Assembly: GCA_047495785.1 (NCBI GenBank)
Contig: JBLDXI010000033.1
Span: 2,294,001 to 2,358,000 of the forward strand
Length of the DNA stretch: 64,000 nt
Reading direction: 5' to 3'
Origin: Lepidodermella squamata
Taxonomy: Eukaryota > Animalia > Gastrotricha
The notes below the pieces were generated by a model. It made no database searches. It was given only the letters and a program-made list of their open reading frames with translations, and was not told the DNA's origin. Shown here one piece after another: positions 23,258-33,649 of this stretch. The number at the start of each line of letters is the position of its first letter. Within the stretch, counting starts at the first letter, position 1. The translations under genes and the position numbers were made by a program.

Positions 23258-26006
23258 ATGGAAGTCCTTCCAGATAATCAGAGCGTCGCGATGGGCGGCT
23301 TAGCTACATCTTCGGAGTTCAACGAAGACCTCACACGATTGAATAATGCAAGTCCTCGTGATGATCTGTTCCAAAGAAATCGCGACTATGACACATCAGT
23401 AGAAGAAAGCGAAGACTCCTTATGTGACCCTCCCCTATCTCAGGAACTTCTCGGCGAAAGAGTAATTGTTATCGACGGGAAAACCGTTGGCCTGAACATG
23501 GGCAGTTTAGGCCTCAAGAAGCTTGGAGTTGGTGACATACTCTCAACCATCGCACCCGATCGATTATCGATCCTTGTGCTCGGCCATAACGTGTTGACGG
23601 AAATCCCCGAGTCATTTGCTTACTGTTTTCCGTACACACATGTTATAGACTTGCAGTCCAACAATTTCTCCACTATTCCTGTGCCTATTTGTTCTGTCGA
23701 AAGCTTGAAAGTCTTGGAATTGAATACCAATTTCATAACGAATATTCCCGTCGAAATCGGGCGTTTGAAAAATCTGAATAGACTTTCGCTCAGCGGAAAC
23801 CAGTTGAGTGAATTACCTTCAATAATTGGCGAGTTGGAAAATTTGGAAAGCCTCATCATTAATGATAATGAATTGAAGTCGTTACCATCGTCAATTGGCT
23901 CATGTCGGAAGCTGAAGGTGTTGGAGCTATCCAACAACTGTATCACATCTTTACCTGAAGAACTTTGCCAGCTGAGACTACTTGAGCGCCTTGTTGTAAG
24001 TAACAATCAGCTATTCAACTTGCCCAATTCCTTCGCCAACCTCATGTCCATCAAGCAGCTCTTTTTGAATGCCAATGATTTTGAGTTCATTCCAAATCAA
24101 ATGTACGACCTGGAGAGCTTGATTGAACTGGATATGTCGTCCAACAAAATATCAGTCGTTAAACCAGCCATTGCCAAATTGGTTCGTATTCAAAACCTCG
24201 GGTTCAATTTCAACATGATAGAAGTCTTGCCGGTCGAAATGTTCTCGCTGAAGGACATTCGCATTCTGGGGCTTGAGAATAATAAGCTAGAAAAGATACC
24301 ATTGGCGATAGGAAATCTGACAAAATTGGAGGAGCTTTACATCGGTTCTAACAACATAAAGGCATTGCCTGACACAATCGTCACATGCGTTTGCTTAGCT
24401 CTACTTAGCGCTCATCATAATCCTCAGCTAAATCGCTTGCCGAATGAATTACCCGCTCTGAGGAACCTGCAAGCAATAGATTTCTCTAGCTGCAGCTTCA
24501 CTGAAATTCCGAAGCAACTATGCCTCATGGTAGCCCTGGAGCAAATAGCTTTCGACCACAACAAGCTTTCCAGTTTACCTGATGAGTTCAGTGGACTAAA
24601 AAAGTTGAGGGAATTAAAAATAAGGTAAACATTTTATTACCAGTAGCAGCTGAATTTTCGTATTATTTTTCGGCAATTTATTTTCTTTAGTGGAAATGAA
24701 TTCTCCACATTTCCCTTCGCTTTGCTGTCATGCCCAAATCTGGATACCCTGGATATTTCTTGTAACCATTTGTCAGCATTGCCCGATCGCATGGATCACA
24801 TGGAGCAGATCAAAACTCTAAACCTGTCGCAGAATGATTTTGAACACTATCCATTCTCGGTAGTTTTCAATCTGATGTCACTTGCCATTATCATTTAAAA
24901 ATTATTTTTAGCTGTGTAGCGCGAGTTCGTTGATTGTTCTCGACCTTAGCCGCAATCGGCTGCCTATGCTACATCGTGAACTTCGACGACTAACAAACCT
25001 CAGAATTCTGAAGGTGTCATTTAACCGACTTTACAAGTTCGTTTTTGATATCGTTTTTTATATCATTTGGCTAACTAATTGGCAACTTTTGCATGATTAG
25101 ATATCCTCCAGAGCTCTGTCTTATGCCTTGGTTGGAAGAAATTCACGTGGACTCCCAGTCTTCTGAAACTTTTACCTCGCTACCATCGGAGTTGTCTCCA
25201 ACAGATCCTAATATTACATCAAGCCTGAAAGTTCTCAATATATCCAATAACAAAATCGCCGCCCTGCCTGACAGCATTGGCCAACTGAAACAACTAATCA
25301 CAATAAATGCATCAAACAATAAAATATCTAGTCTGCCCGACAGCCTTTGTGAGGTAGATGAATTTTAAGCGCGACATTTCAATTCAATGCATTTTCCCCA
25401 TCTAGCTTGGTCAACTGGAGTCCCTAATTCTAGCCAACAATCAGCTAAGAATTCTTCCAACTGGATTTAAGCGACTTGATTCACTTAAAACTCTTGACCT
25501 ATCCGGAAACTTCACGCTGATTCATCCACCATCAGAACTTTGTGTTGGTGGAAACATGGGGCCAATTTCTACTTTTCTTGATTCGTGTCAATATAGAGAA
25601 GGTGCCGATATACCTTGAAAATTTTCCATTATTTATTTCAATCATTTTAGCAATCCTGCTTGACAGAATGTTCCAGGTTGTTATAACATACGCCGATAAA
25701 GGCGACCTTAACCTGCTGATGCGCAAGCTGAAAACTCCTGACACACGGAAGAAAGAACTTGAAACTCTGTATCCTGGAAAGGAAAAATTCAAGGAAAAAG
25801 TCAAGTTAGTGTTGTAGCTGCTGATATATTTCATGCAAATTCTTAAACTTCATGCCTATAGAGCTGTCTTGGAACAATGGCGGGCTGATGCCGGGTCGCA
25901 AGCATCGCCTTATCGCTTTGAATGGATTTGCCACGTCTTGGGCCTTCAGGAGATTGATACACAACTGGCATGGATTCGAAGAAATGCGCAACAGCTGCGA
26001 TTGTAA
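23258..26006 (+). CDS. Leucine-rich-repeat protein with C-terminal death-domain-like region (LRRD1-like)
   Basis: More than 20 LRRs (LxLxxNxLxxLP) over several exons; last exon reads AVLEQWRADAG...AQQLRL* (helical, death-domain-like). Confidence 0.78.
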
Positions 26007-26254
26007 ACTATATACGATCAATGGGACCGCTTCAAAATTCTGTTATTACGCTGGAATATAGACATTGACTATTTTCAACTCATAATTTATGTGCGTATCT
26101 ATGTCCGGTTACCATTGTAATAAAATTTTGCACGAGAAACACGGTATTGCATCATCACTTTTCATTTTTGATAAATTTCCTCTCTTCCATCGGTAAGCAC
26201 AGAAAACATTATGAATAACTCTCGAACTATTCATCACATGTTCATAGCAAACGT

Positions 26255-26738
26255 CTACGATGAAGTCGCTTGCTGCTTAGCCGAGCGCGCAGCGCGGGTC
26301 TCAGTTCTCGGCCTTGGCTTGGCTCCTTCCCTGAATCCATTCCTACAAAGTAATGAATAGGATATATATATACCGGTAATTAGTGGAAGGATATTTCTTG
26401 ACATACCTGAAGCGGCGCTGTACTTTCTTGATGTGGCGAATGCGGCCAGTGCCAGTGGTCCGCCGGCGTTGAACCTTGGTGCCCCAGCCAGTATCTAATG
26501 GTAAATTTCGATATAAAAATTAATTGAGAAAATAATCCAAAGCAAACATTTTCGAATTCGCTTATCGGGGTAACCACAACTGGCACATCGGTTCTTTTGG
26601 TTGTGGTAAGAACGGCGGCCACAGCGACGGCACAGCGAGTGTGACTTGACGTGGCGCTTACCAAAGCTGCTTGTTCCCTTCGTCTGTAATCGAACAAGGT
26701 TAACAAATAAACAAGTTTCTCAATAGAGAACAAACCAT
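26255..26738 (-). CDS. RPL37: 60S ribosomal protein L37
   Basis: ATG|intron, then [11 protein letters not shown]...[11 protein letters not shown]...CASCGYP...RRRTTGTGR...NGFREG. Confidence 0.95.
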
Positions 26739-27202
26739 GATATAATATCAGACGTAAATCCTATATAAAAATAACCAAAAATAAAAATCATGGTGTAACA
26801 GAAACGAATGGTCATAGATAGAAAGCATCAGTATGCGCGTATGCAATCATATATTTGTACCGCAAAGATTAAACGGTTCAGCGTAAAATCAAAAAAATGC
26901 AATCAGCTCAACGAAGATTTGTAAACTTTGCTTTTCGTTCTCCTGACAAACTCAAGCACTAATAACAATTTTTAGCGATAAAATTGATAATTTCAAACCA
27001 ACTTTATCGATTGGGCAAGTAAAGTTAAAGAGTACTTATACTGATAATGAACAAATCCCTTAAAAGCAAGGCAACAGTTGCATCGCGCTTGGGTCCATAT
27101 AACGAAAGCGTAACGACAGGATAATGAATATACAAAATTATGGGTAAACATTCAACCTGAATGAAAAAATATTAGAGATAATAATAACTCACAAGAGACC
27201 TC

Positions 27203-27668
27203 TGGTTGTGATCGAAACCGATAAGTGCGACATAATTTTGAACTTCAGCATGCGAGATATTAGGAAAACTTTAACGGCTGAAGTTCATGTTTATCACCGG
27301 ATTCTAACTAATAGTTGACGAGCAGCTACTTATCTGTTGATCGCAGCCACTAATATTTCAACTGCATGGGTCGATGAAGAAATCACAGATGATTGTGAAC
27401 TGTGAACTGTTCATTATTAAGTCTTTATTTCCATATTCCAGAGAATTACACTGTGTATTAAGAGGAGGCTCCAGTGAGAATAAATTGATGAGGAATTTAC
27501 ATTTTTCATAATTTGGAGCAATTACGAAGGCGCATCAGATCATTGACCAAATTCAGACAATCAGGAATGTCACATGTTACACAAATCAATCGAACGAGCA
27601 TTTTGAGAGTCGCTGGATATTCACAACTATTCATTCACAACTGACCGAACATGTTTATTTCTACATGC
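27203..27668 (+). ncRNA. Putative structured RNA: branched hairpin 27203-27349 plus C/D-like domain ~27369-27648
   Basis: Stems TGGTTGTGATC/GATCGCAGCCA (G-U pairs on +), GATAAGT/ACTTATC, TGAACTTCAGC/GCTGAAGTTCA; ATGAAGA...TGATGA...CTGA closed by GGTC/GACC; no ORF. Confidence 0.35.
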
Positions 27669-27940
27669 CTTGATGTGATGCTAGGAGATGCTTCAGCGCA
27701 AAAAAGTTTAAGTCAATCGCCAGAGGGAAAGCTTCGCGTTAGTTGACTTCCCGACTTCAGAGAAGCGCGGCACCTCACGCAGCACGTATAAAAATATTGC
27801 GGATTTTATTTTTTCGCGCATATTTTAAGAAAACACTATAAATTTGTTGATAAATGATAACGGTTTGAGGAATAAAATCAATATTTTTCAAAAGTTTGCG
27901 CGCCATTCCGCGCCACGTGCTTCGTCGCCTAGTTCCAGGG

Positions 27941-28642
27941 TTGGCCACCGGTAAGCGCCGGGAACAGGTGACTTCTAAGGGCTCTAATCTTGGCGCTAAG
28001 TGCTAACCTTTGCTCATAAGACTCGTGAGATGTCGGGATGTGGATGGCCTCATTTTCCTCATCTCTAATAGTCGCCATGTTCCGAAAATCCAACAATAAC
28101 ATCGTCGCCGCCGTCCGCCGTTATCCGCAGTCTGAGCCAGTTACTAGTTCAGAAAGTAAGGGTTGTGTAACGCGCAGCCTATTCTGCTCTCTAGGTAACT
28201 TCTCCGCGGATTGCTTATTTAGTAAAACCGCTCTCTAGGATGCACCCCGACTAGCCAACGCATCGATCTTAAAGTCCTGTGTTCAATCGCTCGCACTTTG
28301 CGGCGCTACCTTGGTCAATGGTCAATGCTTGGTCAATGACTCGTTCAAAATATTCGATTCTAGGTTGACGGATCGGTGTGTCTTTGCGGCACCTCTCGCT
28401 ACCTGTTAACTACCTCTTCAGTTTGACTATTTGAATCATTTAGCGGCACCCTGATTTGCCATGAAGCATGAAGACCTCTCCCACCTGAGAGAGCTGGCTG
28501 GTAACCAGACGTGGTTGCGCGAAACCCTGAACTGGGTGGGAAGTCTTCACCATCATTCGCCTCGCCGCCGCTAAGAAGAACTATCGAAGTCATTTGATAT
28601 CCCAACATCCATTTGAACGTTTGGCATTCATTAGTGACATTT
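27941..28642 (+). ncRNA. Putative ~700-nt H/ACA-type structured RNA
   Basis: Long-range stem 27941-27960/28301-28318; hairpin ~28335-28440; hairpin TAGCGGC(28441)/GCCGCTA(28573); H box AGAAGA 28574-28579; 3' hairpin; ACA at 28637-28639. Confidence 0.45.
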
Positions 28643-28809
28643 TTCGAGTTATGTATCTTATTTTTGTAGGATTCGCGTTTTATGAAATATTTGATTAGCA
28701 GCAAGCGCATTTCTGGCGTTTCACCAAATTCAGGGATATCAATATTCGCCACCATTTGAATGTTGTGCTGACGATTCGGAGTTTCGTTTTTTGTGACATG
28801 TTTTAAGCA

Positions 28810-30810
28810 ATGGGAAAACTATTCAATCGTCATGGGTACTCCATAGCTCTTTTGGCTGTTTTGCTAATCAGCCAGGAAGTGTTTTTCTTAGTTAATGTTT
28901 GGAATGGACTATACGGCGCACATCTTGATAACGGCTTCGAAAGAAATTCGAGCAATCATGTTCTACTACCTGGTGAATTGATGTTTACGATAACAATATG
29001 CCCGCATGTCTCGCCTTCAATGCAGAGCATCTGGCGGAATTTCTCCAGTTTACACCAGAGAGTACTCCGATCCGTAGCAAAACATCGCTTTTATCGGCCT
29101 AATTGTTCTGCTGATGCAAATTTGACGATTGTGTCGTATGATGCTGTGAGCAGAGATCATCTTGACACTGCCAATTACAATCCCAACTTCATCGAACAGC
29201 TCTCAAGTATGTACCAGAGTGGCGAATATGCCGGTCGAAAACTGGTCATATTCAATATTTATTCCGGCACCTGGCCGAATTATAGCGATCTGGTTGACTT
29301 TGATCTGAGGCAATCCTTGATTGTGAAGGCTGGTTTGTCATATCGATCGGTGCAATTTCGGAAAAGGGATTCTCTCGCTGATGTTTCGTTTCCACTCTTT
29401 CTTCCATCATTTCCATTTCGCGGACGATTTAAATCAAATTCTAAGCAAAGCGCAAGCAAGTATTTGCTGACTTTCAAGGGCAAGCGTTATTTGACCGGCA
29501 TTGGCATGAAGCCGAGGAATCTTCTCCATCGTATACATGATCCTGACAGAGGGATAATAATGCTTACGACTTGCAAGCACGGATCAAATTGGATGAAATA
29601 TCAGGATGACAGATGTGTGATCGACAATGAGCTTTATGATCAATTTGACTACTGGGATTTGATTGCCAATTCAACTTTTTGCCTGGTTCCCCGGGGGCGT
29701 CGGCTGGGAACATATAGGTTTTTGGAAGTTCTTCAGTTCGGTTGCATTCCAGTAATTCTTGCAGATGACTGGATACTGCCATTTTCTCAAGTAATTGACT
29801 GGCATCAAGCTGCCATCGTTATTCCGGAAGAAAAAGTCTTGGAAATTCCAGAAGTATTACGCAATATTTCTATAACTGAAATTCTAAAAATGCGTCGCTT
29901 CGGGAAATTCTTGTTTGAGGCCTATTTTTCTTCAATCGAGCAAATTGTGTTCACTGCCATTGAAGTTCTTGCCGAAGTAAACGGGGCAATCAGCAAGCCA
30001 TTTGTTATATGGAATCGTCCTCCTGGTGGTTTATTTATTCATTATGCTAATTATTCTACGGAATTGCGTCATTATCCATTTTATCATCAATTACACTGGA
30101 ATCTCTTACCGAATTCGTCTGCTGAAATGAATGCGATTCTGAAAGTGCGCAACTGTGGCATTAAGACTGCAAATCAAGTCGAGAGGGTTCAGCGCATAAT
30201 TTCAGGAGTTTTCCCGCAAGTAATCGTCGACAACAGATGCCGTATGTTCGATAGAGCCAATCCACTATTACTTGATGCTCATCTTATTTTGCGGGAAACC
30301 AAAATCAACGCTGGTGGCGTGCTGTTGATTGACGCAGACTGGATGTCAAACATACCTGATCAGCAAGTGAATAATATAAAGCGCATGATTGCAAATTTCA
30401 AAGCGAATCCATCCGAAATGAGCTCTTTTGTTTCTAAGCGCTACCGGTTTTCTGGTGCTTTTTTGCACGACAGCGTCACGGGAGGCTTTTTAAACTGCAC
30501 AGGCATAGTTGAAATCCCGGATTTCTCCCATGGCGCCTTAGTTTTTCACCGCTATTACATGCATCTCTACTTGGCGACGATCTCTAAGAGTATTCGAGAC
30601 CAGGCCTCGCGAATCGGTCATTGTGAATACTTATTATTCTCGGCCTTGATCGCTCATGTAACTTTATCTCCGAAGCCATTTTATGTCATTCAAAATGTCA
30701 CCGGTGATCTCCAGCATGGTGATTCTGATTTGAGTGTGATGCAATGTTCATGTTTCAAGCTGATCATCGAACTGTATGGTTATATGCCCTTAGCAGCTGT
30801 TATTATGTGA
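28810..30810 (+). CDS. EXT1: Exostosin-1 heparan sulfate polymerase subunit, intronless
   Basis: N-terminal TM; FNIYSGTWP, LTFKGKRYLTGIG, LTTCKHG, STFCLVPRGRRLG, GCIPVIL (GT47); degenerate GT64. Confidence 0.92.
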   Translation: MGKLFNRHGYSIALLAVLLISQEVFFLVNVWNGLYGAHLDNGFERNSSNHVLLPGELMFTITICPHVSPSMQSIWRNFSSLHQRVLRSVAKHRFYRPNCSADANLTIVSYDAVSRDHLDTANYNPNFIEQLSSMYQSGEYAGRKLVIFNIYSGTWPNYSDLVDFDLRQSLIVKAGLSYRSVQFRKRDSLADVSFPLFLPSFPFRGRFKSNSKQSASKYLLTFKGKRYLTGIGMKPRNLLHRIHDPDRGIIMLTTCKHGSNWMKYQDDRCVIDNELYDQFDYWDLIANSTFCLVPRGRRLGTYRFLEVLQFGCIPVILADDWILPFSQVIDWHQAAIVIPEEKVLEIPEVLRNISITEILKMRRFGKFLFEAYFSSIEQIVFTAIEVLAEVNGAISKPFVIWNRPPGGLFIHYANYSTELRHYPFYHQLHWNLLPNSSAEMNAILKVRNCGIKTANQVERVQRIISGVFPQVIVDNRCRMFDRANPLLLDAHLILRETKINAGGVLLIDADWMSNIPDQQVNNIKRMIANFKANPSEMSSFVSKRYRFSGAFLHDSVTGGFLNCTGIVEIPDFSHGALVFHRYYMHLYLATISKSIRDQASRIGHCEYLLFSALIAHVTLSPKPFYVIQNVTGDLQHGDSDLSVMQCSCFKLIIELYGYMPLAAVIM

Positions 30811-31084
30811 TGTTTTTTTATAGTTTCATACTTCGTTTTCGTTAGTTACAAAGCTTGTTTGTTACCCAGGGCAAGTAGGTCAGAAGATATGATATCTAAT
30901 ATCCGGTTGAACCCAGAGCTTTCTCGCAACAAAACTGATATCTCTTGCCCTTGTGAATAATGTTTTGTCAACAAATATATCCGGTATTTTGATAAAACAG
31001 CCATTGCCAGTTAACCCTCATAATCTAAGACAGTCTCAACTATTTCAACTAGGTCAATTTATATACCATATAAGGCTTTCCAAA

Positions 31085-33475
31085 ATGCCGTGGAAAAGCG
31101 TCGATCTGCCTCTGGATATGTTTGCATCTGGCGCGGAGATGGTTGGCCTGGAGGAGTATGTTGAAGAAGAGGGAGATGCCCCAGTGGTAATTTCTGGTAA
31201 GAAAAAGAAATCTCAGAAAAAGGTCACCGTCGAAGAGAAACAACAAAGCCGGAAAAAGCCGGCAAAACCGAAAAAGCGGAAGAAGCAGCGATCAGATGGA
31301 TCTGAATCAGACAACGATTCCGACAACAGCGAGAGTGGCGATGAACCGGTCAGAAGCTATGGCAAGAAAACTAACTTCGTCCCACTTGCCCAAGCCGTCG
31401 ACGTGATGGCCGAATACGAAACCGAATCTCAGCAGGCGAAGCCTGAACAAGCTCCAGTTATCAGTGAAAAGCTGGCGAAAAAAGCTGCAAAGCGCCATAA
31501 GACCCATGAAAAACCGGCAATGGACGGATCGAAAATCGAGAAAAGCATGCCTAAGTGGGCTGGCCTCGGACTACCGGCTGAAATTCTCACTGCGCTCAGC
31601 GAGAACGGCTTTAAGGCTCCGACTGAAATTCAGAAGCAGGCTATTCCCGCCGCACTTTCTGAACATCGCGACGTCATTGCAGCAGCTGAAACTGGCAGTG
31701 GTAAAACCCTGGCGTATGGTTTGCCTCTCCTAACTCATATCCTAGCGAAAATCAAGCAAGAAGCCGAGGAACCTGACCAGCCGATTCAGCGACCGCTCGG
31801 TTTAGTCCTTGTCCCGACTCGTGAATTGGCTGTTCAGGTCAAACAGCACTTGGACACGGCAAGTAAACACTGTAACGGGATTGAAACTGGTTTGATTGTC
31901 GGCGGTCTTTCGGTCGCGAAGCAGCAACGAATTTTGAACCAACGCCCGGTGATCCTAGTTGCTACTCCGGGTCGCTTGTGGCAGATGGTGCGTGACAAAT
32001 TGCCTGGTCTAGAGCAGATGAGCTCAATACGATATTTGGTTGTGGACGAGGCTGACCGCATTGTTGAAAAGGCTCACTTTGCCGAACTAAAGCTGCTGAT
32101 CAATCATATAAACGAGCATCAACCTGAGCGCCAAAAGCGGCAAAGTTTGCTGTTTTCAGCCACGTTGACATTCGCTCAATACGACATAAAGAACAAAGCC
32201 ACTGACCTTGCGGTGCTACAAGACAAATTGCGAAGTCTGATGGAAAATTTGGCGATGAAAAACCGGCCGAAAATTATTGACTTATCGCCTGCTGGAACTA
32301 CGACTCGGTCGCTGGTTGAAGCGAAAGTTGTGTGTGAAGGCGGAGATGTTGAAAAAGACGCTGTTCTATACTCGATTTTGTCGCAATACCCGGGTCGCAC
32401 TCTGGTTTTCGCTAATGCGATCAATACCGTGCGGAAAATCGCAAATATGCTTCGGATGTTGTTTTCGAAGCCCCAGTTCAGCAATAAGCAGAAAAAGAAG
32501 CCATCTGCGCCTTCGAGGCCTATTCTGCTTTTGCATGCTCAGCTGAGGCAGAGAATTCGGCTCAAGTATTTGGATCGATTCCGAGATGAGCCAAATGCAA
32601 TCTTGGTTGCGAGTGATGTTGCCGCTCGCGGTCTCGATATTCCGAACATCGAACACGTCATTCATTACCACGTACCCAATAACACAGAGTCATACGTGCA
32701 TCGGAGTGGTCGAACGGCGCGACTCGCAACGCAAGGTCTTAGTATATTGCTGGTTGATCCGAAAGTCGAGGCTGGTCGTTTCTGGCGATTGATGGCGAAT
32801 TTGTGTCGGCGCGCGACAACTGAAGATGCCAAAGCGGCAGACGTCGCGGATTTCGAGTTGGACCAGTCACTTTTGTCGCAGTGTCGAGAACGTGTTTCTG
32901 TCTGCAAGCAGCTAGAAGCACTATTGCATCAGGAGAAGAAGATTCAGGCTGACAAAAAGTGGGCGTTGGATGGCGGTAGCGATTTCGAATCTTCTAGTTC
33001 CGAATCTGGCAATGACAGTCAAGAGGAGGCCGAATTCGAGGACCCTGCGAAAGCAAAGTTGAGGCAAAACCAAGCCGCGATTAAGCAGTTGGAGATGAAG
33101 TTTGCTCGTTTGATGGCTGTTCCTCTGAAAATCCGAGCCTCTGCGGCTGGTTGTACCAGATACCCGACAGCTCTTGGCCAGGCTGTAACTCTGGAGGCCA
33201 CATCGGCGTTGATTTCAGGCCAGGCCCCGGTCGCCAAGACTGCGATTGAACACATTGCTGCGACTGCATCGAAAAAGAAAGGCGGCAATTTGGCAAAACA
33301 AATCGCGCTGGCTTCGAAGATCGAGAAGCGTCGAACTAAGCGCCAGCAGAAGCAAGACGAGAAGCGCGACGAGCGCAATAAGAAACGAGACGAAAAACGC
33401 AAGTTGCGACGACAGAAGAAGGAGGAACAAGAAAACTCGGCGTTCGCCAATGGCAAAGAAATGGTCTTCTATTAG
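31085..33475 (+). CDS. DDX24: DEAD-box RNA helicase DDX24/MAK5, intronless
   Basis: MPWKSVDLP...GLEE N-terminus, AAETGSGKT, PTRELA, DEAD, SAT, DVAARGLDIP, YVHRSGRTAR. Confidence 0.88.
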   Translation: MPWKSVDLPLDMFASGAEMVGLEEYVEEEGDAPVVISGKKKKSQKKVTVEEKQQSRKKPAKPKKRKKQRSDGSESDNDSDNSESGDEPVRSYGKKTNFVPLAQAVDVMAEYETESQQAKPEQAPVISEKLAKKAAKRHKTHEKPAMDGSKIEKSMPKWAGLGLPAEILTALSENGFKAPTEIQKQAIPAALSEHRDVIAAAETGSGKTLAYGLPLLTHILAKIKQEAEEPDQPIQRPLGLVLVPTRELAVQVKQHLDTASKHCNGIETGLIVGGLSVAKQQRILNQRPVILVATPGRLWQMVRDKLPGLEQMSSIRYLVVDEADRIVEKAHFAELKLLINHINEHQPERQKRQSLLFSATLTFAQYDIKNKATDLAVLQDKLRSLMENLAMKNRPKIIDLSPAGTTTRSLVEAKVVCEGGDVEKDAVLYSILSQYPGRTLVFANAINTVRKIANMLRMLFSKPQFSNKQKKKPSAPSRPILLLHAQLRQRIRLKYLDRFRDEPNAILVASDVAARGLDIPNIEHVIHYHVPNNTESYVHRSGRTARLATQGLSILLVDPKVEAGRFWRLMANLCRRATTEDAKAADVADFELDQSLLSQCRERVSVCKQLEALLHQEKKIQADKKWALDGGSDFESSSSESGNDSQEEAEFEDPAKAKLRQNQAAIKQLEMKFARLMAVPLKIRASAAGCTRYPTALGQAVTLEATSALISGQAPVAKTAIEHIAATASKKKGGNLAKQIALASKIEKRRTKRQQKQDEKRDERNKKRDEKRKLRRQKKEEQENSAFANGKEMVFY

Positions 33476-33649
33476 CTCAATACCTCAATTTGTGCAAATA
33501 ATTAACTCAAAAATGGAAAGAATCGGCTCCATTAGGACAGCCAGTTATCTTTGTTGTGCTTCTCATTGCTTTAAAATAAGAAATCACTGCATATTTGACG
33601 AAAATTCAACTGATGTATTATTTTCAAAAAATTAGGTCTTTTTGGGAAA

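Noticed and set aside
25852-26061. 69-aa ORF as last exon of the LRR gene
   Set aside because: The splice phase selects another frame, ending at TAA 26004-26006.
27315-27410. Resemblance to 5.8S rRNA (TCGATGAAGA) or U3 (GAC/TACTT/GATC)
   Set aside because: Matches are about 10 nt or shorter; U3 box A and box B are not properly present; no rDNA context.
28399-28755. 118-aa minus-strand ORF
   Set aside because: No recognisable motif, and it overlaps the + strand structured RNA/EXT1 leader.
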